A stretch of DNA of 64,000 bases. Source: an uncultured bacterium. GTDB lineage: Bacteria > Acidobacteriota > Thermoanaerobaculia > Multivoradales > JAHZIX01. The notes under the pieces are model-generated. The model ran no database searches. It saw only the letters and a program-made list of their open reading frames with translations, and had not been told where the DNA came from. Positions 9,401-27,549 of the stretch are shown piece by piece. Both the position numbers and the translations under genes were made by a program. Location of the stretch: assembly GCA_965368975.1 (NCBI GenBank), contig CBDUPA010000010.1:185678-249677 (forward strand), given 5' to 3'. Within the stretch, counting starts at the first letter, position 1. Every line of letters begins with the position of its first letter.

Positions 9401-10290
9401 GGAGGTCCCGGCGGTGGCCCCGGAGCCGCTCCCGCCGACCGAAACGAGGGCTTGGACTCCTCCTTGATCACGTCCATGGCCACCAGCAAGCGATCGCTTT
9501 GCCGCTCGGACCAACCGCTCCCTAGCCAGCCACTATCCAGGAGCCAACGGAGCTGTTCGGTCAATGACTCCGGAGCCTGCTGGATCGGCTCCAGCAGGGC
9601 GTCGAAGAGGCTCAGGGTCGGGGCACGGTCGCTTCTTGACACTGCACCAGCGTCCGGACCCGTTTCTATAGCTGGCGGCATGCCTTCGAAGAACTCGCCC
9701 AGACTCCCTACGATCTCCCGGTAGCCCACATCAGCTTCCAGCTCCGCATCGTCGAACAGTTCAGCTAGCGGGTCGAAGGCCGGATTCTGGTTGGCCAGCC
9801 ACAGCATCAGCAACTCTTCGAGCACGATCTGCCGGTGAGATACTCCGGCCGTCTCCTGCTCCAAGTACTCCGCGACCGTCAACTCACCCCGAACCACCGG
9901 CATCGAGGGAAAGAGTTCCAAGAACCGCCGCAGAGCATGCTCGACCCGATGCTCGCCGAAACGAAGCTCTAGCCAGGACAGCGCCTCGCCCACGACGTCG
10001 CCGTCATGCCGCTGCCGGTACTGGGCGAACAGATGGTGCCAGAGTTCGTCGATCAAGCCGGCCGCATTGAGCGCGCCCGCACTGATCCCCCGCTCCGGAT
10101 GGCGCAGGACATCCCGCTCTTGGTTGATTCGCTGCACCAACTCCCGCGCCGCACCCAGGTTGGCAACGACGATATTGCCGTGAAGCGAGAACAACAGCTC
10201 ATCGACGCCATAGCGCTCTCGGGCACCTTTGGAGATGTGCAACTCCCTCACCACCTGCCCATAGGCTCTGGGCTGCCACCTCTCTACCAT
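6490..10290 (-). CDS. Large alpha-amylase family (GH13) glycoside hydrolase
   Basis: SLWLIGIW, DMVPNH (region I), RFDAAM (nucleophile), LAEAFW (acid/base), TLPGLPMFGHGQ. Confidence 0.8.
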   Translation of the reverse strand: MVERWQPRAYGQVVRELHISKGARERYGVDELLFSLHGNIVVANLGAARELVQRINQERDVLRHPERGISAGALNAAGLIDELWHHLFAQYRQRHDGDVVGEALSWLELRFGEHRVEHALRRFLELFPSMPVVRGELTVAEYLEQETAGVSHRQIVLEELLMLWLANQNPAFDPLAELFDDAELEADVGYREIVGSLGEFFEGMPPAIETGPDAGAVSRSDRAPTLSLFDALLEPIQQAPESLTEQLRWLLDSGWLGSGWSERQSDRLLVAMDVIKEESKPSFRSAGAAPGPPPGPPPVNDYAGQDDDEEHFSQDRDWMPEVVLLAKNTYVWLHQLSVEYGTDIERLDQIPDAELDRLARRGFNSLWLIGIWERSPASQRVKQLCGNPEAASSAYSLRSYRVAETLGGDDAWDDLRRRAEALGIRLACDMVPNHTGIDSEWIVKHPERFLSLPYSPYPNYRFTGEDLCDDARVEVRLEDHYFDRTDAAVVFQRRDVSTDEVRYVYHGNDGTSIPWNDTAQLDYLDPDAREAVIQTILNVARRFSVIRFDAAMTLAKRHIQRLWYPKPGQGGAIPSRAEHAISEEAFQRCIPEEFWREVVDRVAAEVPDTLLLAEAFWLMEGYFVRTLGMHRVYNSAFMHMLRDEENAKFRQTLRNTLEFDPEVLKRFVNYLTTPDEEPAAVQVGTSEKYFCVCTLMATLPGLPMFGHGQFEGLREKYGMEYARAYHDEAVDTELIERHEHEIVPLLLLRRIFAEVTHFRLYNFQSTDGSVNEDVYALSNRYDEEAALVFVHNTPAFTEGYAHHSVAWRAKVDGGEGVLVHSTLGEALQLRPGAGSVEGPGRRFLLARDLIEGREYLRPSSEVVMRGFSLRLGPYERRVLVDLHEVTDDAAGRYQRLWQMIGIRGVPSLDDALAELRAAPVQEPLRRLLGAEPLRRLWLGPLEAPEKSEVEVLQAVRTELNQALAAVRRLLREADDATAQVVPEAAVDVQARDAQTRDAEALDAETPGEEATEVESMVEEILTLLRRLHTLPEHTVPGTPSPGTPSPGTPLPGIMADRDEPAATVPVLGAPASSAKISQGSATETPLDTLLRFAPAPAGRFSLAAWIVLHPLGRLLDPDDSGLTSRELFDTWLLDRVVRDTLLDLGVAPETAEIQAGAVSLLAGRPRWWRSFDAAIWLQDPDVRRFLGINRFDEVDWFGQEEFAELLWWLAATAAVQLAAVEDETERDDSELQHAAAIIEGLAAAEQLSGYRVLELADALQVLDGSL
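7134..7185. repeat. 15-bp tandem repeat (about 3.5 copies) encoding a PGTPS linker in the GH13 gene
   Basis: GGAGTCCCAGGCGAC repeated directly in the sequence. Confidence 0.8.
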
Positions 10291-10370
10291 GTGCTATTTT
10301 CTTGGCTCCGCATTCCGTGCCCACATTAGCAGAGACCCCGAACCCGGCAAAGCCGACAAGACGTAGAAGC

Positions 10371-12671
10371 ATGAAGCAATTTCGATCCCTTCTCTTGACA
10401 GCTATGAGTAGCTTCTTCTGCCTCTGGCCCTTGCAGTCGGCAGCTCAGGAGGTCATGACCTTCACCGCGTCAGATCCTCTCCGTGAGCAGCAAGTCAATC
10501 AGTTCTTCCAGCACCATCTGCTTGGCGGAGCAGGAATCTCGCTGCTCGACCCGACTGCTTTCACTTGGCGCGAATGGAGCGCACTCACCCTTGGACCTGT
10601 GGGTTGGATCGGTTCTAGTCAGAATGTATTGTCCAGCCTCGGAACCTCTCTGATCGAGAACTCGATGACCGATTCTGGCTATGTCTGGAGGTCCGGTGCC
10701 GAACCTGGTGGTTGGAACTTCCCTAACTACACGATGGCCCCCGAGTACCTCACGGGCTACACGTTCGACCAAAACGGTAATACAGAGGGCTGGAGCCTTG
10801 TGAACATCCCCAGCAGTACACCTCAAGGTGGCATCTGGCAACTCTCGGTCCCGGATCCGGATCCCTGGATGGTCTCTCCTACCGTCAGCGTGGATCCCTT
10901 CCACGCTCAGTTCCTGAGAGTTGACATGGCGTCCAACTCGGCCAGCGACGTTGGACAAGTCTTCTGGAAGAGAACGACGGACTCGGGGTTCAGTCAGGAA
11001 CGTTCTCTGCCTTTGACCGTCCGCAACGACGGCGCAATGCATCGCTACTACGTGCCTATGCACGAACATCCTCTCTGGACGGGCACTATCCGGCAGATTC
11101 GTATCGATCCGACATCGTCGGGTGCGAGTGGAGAAACCATCTCGATAGATCGAATCTCATTCGAATACGACGGCCGCATGGCCACCACTAGCGCTATCTA
11201 TGCGTTGGCAGCTTGGCGCTACTACAGTTGGACTGGAAACCAGTGGATCTTCACTTCCACTAACCAGACGCCCCAAGGCAGTATCTTCGACCGAGCCAGA
11301 CTCGCCGTACAATTCTTGATGTCTCAGCTCGACGGCTCGGTCAGTAGCAGTGACTTAGCAAAGGCTCACATCATTCTCGTTCCCTGGGCCGGACACGACG
11401 GCCGACCAGGAAAGATCAACGGAACTCTCAACAAGGGACACGGCCTCCAATCACAGCATTGGATCGACAATCTACCCATCGGGCACGAGAGTGCCCACGC
11501 TACTGTCTTCTACTATGCCGCCGTTCGAGCTCTAGCCGAGCTCGAGAGAGTTCGAGAAGCGCATCCCGGCTGGGGAGTTGCTGCCAACCCGTTCGGCTAC
11601 ACCGCTGCTTCGCTCGAAGCGAAGGCTTCTGCGATCCAAGACAGCCTGCGCAACAACTTCTGGTTGGGAGGCAAGGGGCGCCTGATGGCATGCCGAGATA
11701 TTGACAATGTCATCAGGGACCCGGGCTTGATTCCACTGAATCTGGAGGCCATCTTCTACGAGGCGATCGATGACTTCCGAGCAGACCGGGTTCTGGAGTG
11801 GCTGAACGGTGAAAGGCAGGTCAGCACAGACACCTCTCAGGGAAGCGATCTCTACGCTTGGAGACTGGCACCCAGAGTCACGACAGTTCCGGTGGACGAC
11901 TGGTACATCTGGCCCATGTACCACTGGTTCGGCCTGAACACAGCTCCGGGATTTGGCCAGCAGCTCGCCAACGGAGGAAGTTCTCTGCACCTAACGTTCT
12001 TCGACATTTGGAGCCGGATTCGGCATCGAGGAGCAGACAACGCCTGGAGCCGGTTCGTTGCAGTACTCGACTGGTTTCAGGAGACCCAGAACGCGGGTGG
12101 TTACGACGCCTACTACAATGTGCATCCAGGAACCCCTCAATGCACCCTCGACCCGAGCGAAGGTATCGGAACCCTCGGCGTGAACTGTGAGTTTCCCGAG
12201 TCCGTGCTCGCACCTCTGAGCTTTCTCTACGGCTTCCTCGGAATCACAGCGACGGCTGAGAACCTGACGATCGATCCGGCGCTACCGGCAGACCTGACCT
12301 ACGCGGGAGTCCAGAGACTCTTCTTCCGCCAGCATTTCTACGACGTAACCGTATTTCGTGATGCGATGTCACCCGTACGCATTGCGACACACGCCGGTCC
12401 GGACTTGCCTCTCCCCAATGCTCCTCACGCTCTCCCGATTCGAATTGGTGGCCTGCAACCGAACTCGTCCTATTCGTTGGAGGTCACGAACCTGGACCTT
12501 GGTTCGACGACAGTTGGCAGTGTCGCCTCAAGCATCGACGGTTTTCTCGAGCTAGCAATCTCGATGCCCGCAAATGCACAGTTCGTTCTCCGCAAGGGGC
12601 AGGAAAACGCCATTTTCTCGGACGACTTCGAGTCCGGAGATCTCTTTGCTTGGGCGTTGGTATCGAACTAG
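10371..12671 (+). CDS. Secreted glycoside hydrolase-like protein with a CBM-like insert and a C-terminal IFSDDFESGD motif
   Basis: Signal peptide MKQFRSLLL...AAQ. CBM-like segment (DPWMVSP...WTGTIRQIRIDP), helical catalytic-like region, GFLGI...LTIDPALP C-terminal GH-like motif. Start chosen at ATG 10371. Confidence 0.55.
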   Translation: MKQFRSLLLTAMSSFFCLWPLQSAAQEVMTFTASDPLREQQVNQFFQHHLLGGAGISLLDPTAFTWREWSALTLGPVGWIGSSQNVLSSLGTSLIENSMTDSGYVWRSGAEPGGWNFPNYTMAPEYLTGYTFDQNGNTEGWSLVNIPSSTPQGGIWQLSVPDPDPWMVSPTVSVDPFHAQFLRVDMASNSASDVGQVFWKRTTDSGFSQERSLPLTVRNDGAMHRYYVPMHEHPLWTGTIRQIRIDPTSSGASGETISIDRISFEYDGRMATTSAIYALAAWRYYSWTGNQWIFTSTNQTPQGSIFDRARLAVQFLMSQLDGSVSSSDLAKAHIILVPWAGHDGRPGKINGTLNKGHGLQSQHWIDNLPIGHESAHATVFYYAAVRALAELERVREAHPGWGVAANPFGYTAASLEAKASAIQDSLRNNFWLGGKGRLMACRDIDNVIRDPGLIPLNLEAIFYEAIDDFRADRVLEWLNGERQVSTDTSQGSDLYAWRLAPRVTTVPVDDWYIWPMYHWFGLNTAPGFGQQLANGGSSLHLTFFDIWSRIRHRGADNAWSRFVAVLDWFQETQNAGGYDAYYNVHPGTPQCTLDPSEGIGTLGVNCEFPESVLAPLSFLYGFLGITATAENLTIDPALPADLTYAGVQRLFFRQHFYDVTVFRDAMSPVRIATHAGPDLPLPNAPHALPIRIGGLQPNSSYSLEVTNLDLGSTTVGSVASSIDGFLELAISMPANAQFVLRKGQENAIFSDDFESGDLFAWALVSN

Positions 12672-14065
12672 CTCAGCAAATAAGTGCTGCGAATCCAGGC
12701 CAGACAGCACACATTCACCAAGATCATCACTACCGCAATGGCAAGCGACCAACGCCAGGAACTCTCCCTGGTCGTCAGCTTCGATTCTTGCAGTCCCCAG
12801 CTGGCAAACACTGCGAAGACTCCCACTGACGGCAAGAGAAAGCGACCTTGTGGTTGGAAGTCCACGCGTAGCAGGAAAAGCAGCAACAAGAGTCCGTTCA
12901 TTGCCAACGCGGAAAACAGCAATGGTCCCAGCACCTGCGGCTTGGCTCGATCCTGTCGAGTCTCCTCGCCGGCCGTGGTCGACCTGGGGGATAGTTCTCG
13001 CACCCAACGCACCAGTCCAAAGGCGATTGCAGTGGTCGGAACGAGGAAGATGAGATAAGACTGCCAGGGCAAGGGCAGATTGAACCAGCCGAACTTGGCC
13101 CAGAAGCTCAACCAGACCGAAGCCAACCAGCGCAGCTCCACGACTCTCTCCAAGGACTCGGCTAGACCTCCGGCATAGCCGGTCGGAGGCGGAGGCCAGA
13201 GCGCTCCAAAGCGCCACCAGCAAAGGCCAAACCAAGCAGCTAGGCCCGCACCAACCGGTAGTGACAACGCAGCGGCCAGTTTCCACCAGCTCTTGCGAAG
13301 CCAAACCAGCAACAGCAGCGCGGTGGGCGCCAAGAGAAAGAAAGCTGTCGCCTTGGCGAAAGGGCCCAGTGCCACCAACAAGCCTGCACCCATCGCGAGC
13401 AGCAACGGTGGATCCGAAGCAGCAACGGTTGCTTCCGAATCGGTTGCCGCCCGTGCCAGGGCGGCGAGAGCAGCTAGAGCGGCGGTTGACAGAGCAATGG
13501 CGGCGCTGTCGTTGTTGACAGTGGCACAGACAAAGAGAAGCTGCGGTACCAGCGCAAAGGTCCACAAGGCCCCGCCGAAGGTGGCAGAGTCAGCGCAAGC
13601 GGTCTCCAAGAGCCACATGAGGGACGCCACGGTCACCAACCCCCACATCAAGGACAGCAAGCGCAGTACCAGCAGGGGACTTCGCTCTGCCGGCGTCCAC
13701 GTCATGGGCAAGAAAGCCCGAGAGCCAGTATTGTCGAAGCGCAGGTCCGGATTGGGCTGTGCTGGAAAGGTGACGCGCTGGAGTCCCACTGTGCGCAGGA
13801 GCGTGACACCTAGCCAGTACTGCAGAGGCGGGTGATGCGCCTGGTAGTTGAAGGCGTCAGGCTGGCCCGGAGGCGCCGGTAGCGTCCCATGGTCGAGCAG
13901 GTAACCGGCATAGAAGATGTGAGCCGCCTCGTCCGGCGCCTCTCCGAGCGGAACGGTGAGAACGTAGCCGACACCGAGAAGCGCGAAGACCGTGAGGATT
14001 AGCCAGCGCGGAGGCGATGCGGCTCGCTCCGCGAGGGTCGGCTCAGGATGCTGCGCGCCGGGCAT
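12668..14065 (-). CDS. Polytopic GT-C family glycosyltransferase (ArnT/DUF2142-like)
   Basis: PLGEAPDEAAH loop motif, HHPPLQY, VNND, SFWAKFGW, QGRFLLP, many TM helices. Start uncertain (14065 or 14083). Confidence 0.7.
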   Translation of the reverse strand: MPGAQHPEPTLAERAASPPRWLILTVFALLGVGYVLTVPLGEAPDEAAHIFYAGYLLDHGTLPAPPGQPDAFNYQAHHPPLQYWLGVTLLRTVGLQRVTFPAQPNPDLRFDNTGSRAFLPMTWTPAERSPLLVLRLLSLMWGLVTVASLMWLLETACADSATFGGALWTFALVPQLLFVCATVNNDSAAIALSTAALAALAALARAATDSEATVAASDPPLLLAMGAGLLVALGPFAKATAFFLLAPTALLLLVWLRKSWWKLAAALSLPVGAGLAAWFGLCWWRFGALWPPPPTGYAGGLAESLERVVELRWLASVWLSFWAKFGWFNLPLPWQSYLIFLVPTTAIAFGLVRWVRELSPRSTTAGEETRQDRAKPQVLGPLLFSALAMNGLLLLLFLLRVDFQPQGRFLLPSVGVFAVFASWGLQESKLTTRESSWRWSLAIAVVMILVNVCCLAWIRSTYLLS

Positions 14066-15059
14066 CTTCGGCCGTAGAACCACCCTCGGGTACGTGTTCG
14101 TGCGCGTGGTAGGAACTGCGCACCAGCGGACCGGATTCGCAGTAGGCGAAACCGATCTCCAGCGCGTAGCTCTTGTAGTCCGCGAATTCTTCCGGCGTCA
14201 CCCAGCGGTCGACCGGCAGGTGCTTGGAGGTCGGCTGCAGGTACTGGCCGATGGTCAGCACTTCCACCCCAGCATCCTGAATGTCGCGCATGGTGGCGAA
14301 GAGTTCGTCTTGGGTCTCGCCGATGCCCACCATCACGCTTGTCTTGATGCGCCCCGCGGCGGTCTGTCCCGGCGCGTCGGTCACCACGTAGTCGCCCGCG
14401 TCGCGACGCCGGGCGGCTTCGGCAAGCAGCGCCAGGCTGCGCTCGTAGCGGCTACCCGGCCGAGCCTTGCGGTACATGCGCGGCACGGTCTCCATGTTGT
14501 GCGAAAAGATCTCCGGCTGCGCACCGAGTACGAGATCCAGCGCTTCCGGAACGCCGCGAAAGTCCGGCGTCAGCACCTCGACGGCACAATGCGGGTTCTC
14601 GGTGTGGATCGCTTCGATCACCTGGGCAAAGTGGCGCGCGCCGCCGTCGGGCAGGTCGTCACGGTCCACTGAGGTGATTACCGCGTGTTGCAGCCCCATC
14701 ACCCGCACCGCCTCCGCCACGTGTACCGGCTCGTCGACGTCGACGCCCGCATTGGGACGGCCAGAGGTCACCGCGCAGAAACCACAGCGCCGGGTGCAGA
14801 TGTCACCCAGAATCATGAACGTGGCGGTGCCATGCTGGCCCCAGCATTCGTAGATGTTGGGGCAGCGAGCCTCCTCACAGACGGTGTTCAGCTTTAGGTT
14901 GCCGATCAGGCGTTTGATCTCGTGATAGCGCTTCGGTGTCTTGAGCCGAATGCGCAGCCAGTCGGGACGATTGTGGCGTTTCAGAGCCTGGGAGACAGCT
15001 GGCGGGTCGGTGTTCGGCGAGGTGCGGGGAGCACCGATCTGGACGAGGTTCTCGCTCAT
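14043..15059 (-). CDS. lipA: Lipoyl synthase
   Basis: CEEARCPNIYEC, CTRRCGFC radical SAM motif, VRSSY. Confidence 0.96.
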   Translation of the reverse strand: MSENLVQIGAPRTSPNTDPPAVSQALKRHNRPDWLRIRLKTPKRYHEIKRLIGNLKLNTVCEEARCPNIYECWGQHGTATFMILGDICTRRCGFCAVTSGRPNAGVDVDEPVHVAEAVRVMGLQHAVITSVDRDDLPDGGARHFAQVIEAIHTENPHCAVEVLTPDFRGVPEALDLVLGAQPEIFSHNMETVPRMYRKARPGSRYERSLALLAEAARRRDAGDYVVTDAPGQTAAGRIKTSVMVGIGETQDELFATMRDIQDAGVEVLTIGQYLQPTSKHLPVDRWVTPEEFADYKSYALEIGFAYCESGPLVRSSYHAHEHVPEGGSTAEDARRAAS

Positions 15060-15216
15060 GCCGCCAAGTCTACGCTAGGGGTGGGTGGGGGTCTAGTCGC
15101 TACGGGAGCTACGGGAACGTCGACGGGGCGGAAAGGCGACATGACGTATCATAGGTTATCAATGTGGAGATCACACGGATCTCTACATCTGCAATCTCGC
15201 CCCAAAGGAGATCCTG

Positions 15217-15450
15217 ATGAAGAAACGCAATCGCAAACTCAACCTGCACCGCGAAACCCTCCGTCAGCTCAACGGCACTGCCATCCAAGAAGTTGCAGGT
15301 GGGACGCAAGGAACCTGCGCCACCTACAACACCTGGGCTATCTGTGGACAACAGTGCGGTAGTGCGAACTGCAGCCTGAACTGCCCAGGCACAGGCGGTG
15401 CCTACTCTTACTGCTTCTGTCCGGAGACCGACACCGTCGACTTCTGCTAA
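15217..15450 (+). CDS. Putative RiPP precursor peptide P2 (77 aa, 8-Cys core)
   Basis: AAAGGAG RBS at 15204-15210. MKKRNRKLNLHRETLRQLNGTAIQEVAGG|TQGTCATYNTWAICGQQCGSANCSLNCPGTGGAYSYCFCPETDTVDFC. Confidence 0.82.
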   Translation: MKKRNRKLNLHRETLRQLNGTAIQEVAGGTQGTCATYNTWAICGQQCGSANCSLNCPGTGGAYSYCFCPETDTVDFC

Positions 15451-15459
15451 AGCTGGTTG

Positions 15460-15494
15460 ATCAATCCCGCCCTGCCATTCAGGGCGGGACTGAT
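15460..15494. terminator. Terminator-like hairpin after P2
   Basis: TCCCGCCCTG-CCATT-CAGGGCGGGA, flanked by ATCA/TGAT. Confidence 0.65.
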
Positions 15495-15529
15495 GTCTTG
15501 CCGTTGATCCCGCTAGGCCTCGTGGCGGC

Positions 15530-16096
15530 TCAGGTGGCAGCAGCTGGCCAGAGCCAGCCGAAGGTACCGGCAGTGAGCAGGCCGTACACGATGCCGTCGA
15601 TGATCATACGGAAGACGTTGCCCCACTTGCGGCCCATCCAGATCGCCTCCGGTGCGATACCTCCGGCGAAGCCGAGGATAGCCGCGGTGCCTACGACCTG
15701 GAAGACCTTCAGATAGTCGACACCTCGAGGTAGCACCTGGCCCGCCAGGTAGGCGACGAAAACCTGGATCACCAGGATGAAGACGATCCACTGCACCATC
15801 GTCTTCCCCATCTGCGGCATGCCCTTGGGCACGATGGTCAGGAAGCCGACCGGCCCCTCCTTCATGCGGTTCTGCCAGTCTTCACTCTTCCACTCGTCCG
15901 GCGACGCAGCAAACGGGAAGCTGTATTCACCCGGTGGCGTGTCGGCTCCGATGCCAGCACATGCTGCGTCTTCATCTGGCAGCTTGGCCCAATCCCTCTT
16001 GTGGAACTGGATCACCATCCAGATCAGGTTGCTGGCGATGAACACGAAGACCGTCGAGACGACGATCGGCAGCCAGAGTTCGGTCAACGGAACCAT
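15530..16096 (-). CDS. Hypothetical membrane protein (about 4 TM helices)
   Basis: 188-aa ORF with RBS (AGGAGG) and hydrophobic segments. Confidence 0.7.
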   Translation of the reverse strand: MVPLTELWLPIVVSTVFVFIASNLIWMVIQFHKRDWAKLPDEDAACAGIGADTPPGEYSFPFAASPDEWKSEDWQNRMKEGPVGFLTIVPKGMPQMGKTMVQWIVFILVIQVFVAYLAGQVLPRGVDYLKVFQVVGTAAILGFAGGIAPEAIWMGRKWGNVFRMIIDGIVYGLLTAGTFGWLWPAAAT

Positions 16097-16233
16097 AGGG
16101 GGCCTCCTCTGCGTGGGTCCGGATATCCGGAGGGATGGGACGAGCCAGCCCCTCTAGGGAGGAACAGAGCTCGCGGTGATCGATCAGAATTGATCGAAGT
16201 GTAGCAGATCGATCACCATGAGCCGCAGACGCA

Positions 16234-16270
16234 AATCAGCCCGGCGACGCCGAAGCGTCCCGGGCTGATT
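16234..16270 (-). terminator. rpoC terminator hairpin
   Basis: Minus strand AATCAGCCCGG-GACGC-TTCG-GCGTC-G-CCGGGCTGATTT, with a UUCG tetraloop. Confidence 0.7.
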
Positions 16271-16296
16271 CTCTGAATAGCAGCGGAAGGCGAAAG

Positions 16297-20475
<4,179 letters not shown>

Positions 20476-20487
20476 CGGGCCACCTCC

Positions 20488-24738
<4,251 letters not shown>

Positions 24739-25156
24739 AGAGCGTCCCTAGTCTGGAAAGGTCCGTTCGTGAACGCACCCGGAGGGCTGGAGAACCCAGG
24801 CCTTTGGGAGGCGCCCAGTGCCGCCGCGGAAGCGGCCGGACCGGTGCGGAAGTCGGGGCAAGGCCGTCCGTGGTAGCGAACGGCACGGCCGGCGGGAGTA
24901 GTGGCAGGGAAGAGCGAATGGGTTGGTTCGAGTGGGCCGGAGCCACAGAACGACACCACGCCCCTACCGTTGTCACCGAGGCGGTGGCCAACGTCAGGGG
25001 CATGGCGGCTGTGGGTACGATCCCAAGTTGGATGAATCTCGCTCGATCCAGGTCGAAGATCTCTCGTTCGATTGCGGAAGACGCGGTGAGGCGCAGCGGA
25101 CCAAAGGCCACAGACCAGAGTCCAGACTCAGGACCCGCTGCTCGTGCAGACAACTC

Positions 25157-25540
25157 TTACTTGAGTTCGGCTTTGGCGCCAGCTTCCTCGAACTTCTTGA
25201 CGATCTCTCCAGCCTCCTCCTTGGAGACACCTTCCTTGACCTTGGTCGGCGCGGACTCGACCAGATCCTTGGCCTCCTTGAGGCCCAGGCTGGTCACTTC
25301 ACGCACCACCTTGATGACGTTGATCTTCTTGGCGCCGACGTCCGTCAGCTGAATGTCGAACTCGGTCTTTTCTTCCTCGGCCTCACCACCACCGGCAGCG
25401 CCGCCAGCGGCCGGAGCCGCCACAGCGGCCGCGGCTGCGGAGACACCGAAGTGATCTTCCAGAGCCTTGACCAGGTTGTTGAGTTCGAGCACCGTCATCG
25501 ACTCGACTTGCTTGATGAATTCTTCAGTTGCTACCGCCAT
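25157..25540 (-). CDS. rplL: 50S ribosomal protein L7/L12
   Basis: MAVATEEFI...EEKTEFD...[10 protein letters not shown]. Start at ATG 25540. Confidence 0.97.
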   Translation of the reverse strand: MAVATEEFIKQVESMTVLELNNLVKALEDHFGVSAAAAAVAAPAAGGAAGGGEAEEEKTEFDIQLTDVGAKKINVIKVVREVTSLGLKEAKDLVESAPTKVKEGVSKEEAGEIVKKFEEAGAKAELK

Positions 25541-25662
25541 CTCACCTTCTCCTTGGGACCTTCCCGAGCGTCGCCGCGCCCGGGGGAGTTGACTCTTTCG
25601 AGGCTTGCCTCGTTCCAATTCTTTCGGCCCAGCCCACGGCTGGCACCGCTAGTTTTCTCGGC

Positions 25663-26187
25663 TCAGGCACCCTTGCTCTGGGCCACCTGGTCCAGCACCA
25701 CCACGAAGCGCTGCTGCAGCTGGTTGAGGTCGCGAACCAGGCGCGTCACCGGCGACTGCAGCAGGAAGAGCAACTTCGCAATCAGCTCTTCGCGGCTCGG
25801 CAGCTTGGCGATGTCCTGGATCTGGTCCGGCTCGACCATCTTGCCTTCCACGACGCCGGCCTTGAATTCAACAGCCGGAGCCGTCTTGACGAATTCGGTC
25901 AGCGCCTTGGCGAGGGCCACCGCATCACCTTCGCTATACGCGACGGCGGTCGGGCCGGTAAAGATTTCTGGACGCTCGCCCAGCGGCTTGCCCTGAATGG
26001 CCCGCAGCGCCAGCGTATTCTTGACCACCTGATACTGCGCACCGCTCTCACGGATCTTGGCACGCAGCTCGGTGTCCTGGGGCACGGAAATCCCCTGGTA
26101 GCTGAGCACGAAAGCGTGCGGAGCAGCTGCCAGGCCTTCCTCGTAGTTGGCCACCATATTGTGCTTGTCAGACTTTTTCAACGGCAT
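25663..26187 (-). CDS. rplJ: 50S ribosomal protein L10
   Basis: VVKNTLA, GPTAVA, LPSREELIAKL; gene order. Confidence 0.95.
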   Translation of the reverse strand: MPLKKSDKHNMVANYEEGLAAAPHAFVLSYQGISVPQDTELRAKIRESGAQYQVVKNTLALRAIQGKPLGERPEIFTGPTAVAYSEGDAVALAKALTEFVKTAPAVEFKAGVVEGKMVEPDQIQDIAKLPSREELIAKLLFLLQSPVTRLVRDLNQLQQRFVVVLDQVAQSKGA

Positions 26188-26225
26188 GATCGTCGCCTCC
26201 CGCGGGTGCAGTGCCTCTTCAGAAG

Positions 26226-26927
26226 TTAGGCCTCGGCCGCGCCGAGGGTCGACTCATCCAGGCGAATGCCCGGCCCCATGGTCGACGAAAGGTTCACGGT
26301 CTTCAGGTACTTGCCCTTCGCTGCCGCCGGCTTCGCCTTGACGACAGCACCGATGAAGGCTTCAGCGTTCTCCTTCAGCTGTTCGGAGGAGAAAGAGAGC
26401 TTGCCGAGCGGACCGTGAATGATCCCGGTCTTGTCCACCCGGAACTCCACCTTACCAGCCTTGATGTCCTGAATCGCCTTGGCGACCTCGAAGGTCACTG
26501 TACCGGCCTTCGGGTTGGGCATCAGACCGCGCGGACCGAGCACACGGCCGAGCTTACCGACCACGCGCATCATGTCCGGGGTCGCGACGACGGCATCGAA
26601 ATCCGTCCAGCCACCCTGAATCTTGTCCGCCAGCTCGTCGCCACCGACGTGATCGGCTCCGGCATCCTCGGCTTCCTTGATCTTCTCGCCCGCCGCGAAC
26701 ACCAACACTCGCACCGTCCGACCGGTCCCGTGCGGCAGCACTACCGTGCCGCGCACCATCTGATCGGCGTGCTTCGGATCGACCCCCAACCGCATCGCGA
26801 TCTCGAGGGTCTCATCGAACTTGGTGAACGTCATATCCTTTGCCAGGGAAACCGCCTCACCCAGCTGGTAGGGGCGATCTTCGACCTTGCCAGCTGCCGC
26901 CTTGAAATTCTTGCCTTGCTTTGCCAC
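26226..26927 (-). CDS. rplA: 50S ribosomal protein L1
   Basis: [21 protein letters not shown]. Confidence 0.97.
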   Translation of the reverse strand: MAKQGKNFKAAAGKVEDRPYQLGEAVSLAKDMTFTKFDETLEIAMRLGVDPKHADQMVRGTVVLPHGTGRTVRVLVFAAGEKIKEAEDAGADHVGGDELADKIQGGWTDFDAVVATPDMMRVVGKLGRVLGPRGLMPNPKAGTVTFEVAKAIQDIKAGKVEFRVDKTGIIHGPLGKLSFSSEQLKENAEAFIGAVVKAKPAAAKGKYLKTVNLSSTMGPGIRLDESTLGAAEA

Positions 26928-26963
26928 GACTCTTGTTCCTCCAGGCCTCTCTCGACGACGGCC

Positions 26964-27386
26964 TTACTCCACGATCAGGCCCATCGAGCGGGCGGTACCT
27001 TCGACAGTGCGCATCGCCGCCTCGACGCTTGCAGCGTTGAGGTCCGACATCTTGGTCTTGGCGATCTCTTCGACCTGGGCCTTGGTCACCTTACCCACCT
27101 TGGTCTTGTTCGGCTCGCCGGACCCCTTGGGCAGGCCTGCGGCCTGCAGCAGCAGCACCGCGGCCGGCGGCGTCTTGGTAATGAAGGTGTAACTGCGATC
27201 GGCGTAGACGGTGATCACCACCGGAATCACGGTGCCCTGGTTCTGCTGCGTGCGCGCGTTGAACGCCTTGCAGAAGTCCATGATATTGACGCCCGCCTGA
27301 CCGAGGGCTGGACCCACTGGCGGCGCTGGCGTCGCCTGCCCGCCCTTGATCTGCAATTTGATCTGCGAAATGACTTTCTTGGCCAT
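26964..27386 (-). CDS. rplK: 50S ribosomal protein L11
   Basis: [20 protein letters not shown]. Confidence 0.97.
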   Translation of the reverse strand: MAKKVISQIKLQIKGGQATPAPPVGPALGQAGVNIMDFCKAFNARTQQNQGTVIPVVITVYADRSYTFITKTPPAAVLLLQAAGLPKGSGEPNKTKVGKVTKAQVEEIAKTKMSDLNAASVEAAMRTVEGTARSMGLIVE

Positions 27387-27549
27387 CCTGTTCCGCCCTT
27401 ATTGCCTTGCTTGGCGCCTTGGTTCTCGACCCGGCCCTGATTCTTGACTGTTGATGCCCTAAGCCCCGGACTGCGAACGGGCTTCGAGTTCGTGACGAAC
27501 TGCCGGCAACCCTAGGGACCGCCGCCAGACGTCGTTTCGCGACTTGTCT

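Noticed and set aside
14043-15059. Radical SAM gene next to P2 as the peptide maturase
   Set aside because: It is a canonical LipA (auxiliary-cluster Cys motif, RSSY) with no SPASM or RRE domain, and it is divergently oriented.
16175-16217. 11-bp inverted repeat GGTGATCGATC...GATCGATCACC as a MITE or IS end
   Set aside because: Single short copy with no target duplication or transposase; more likely a hairpin downstream of the rpoC terminator.
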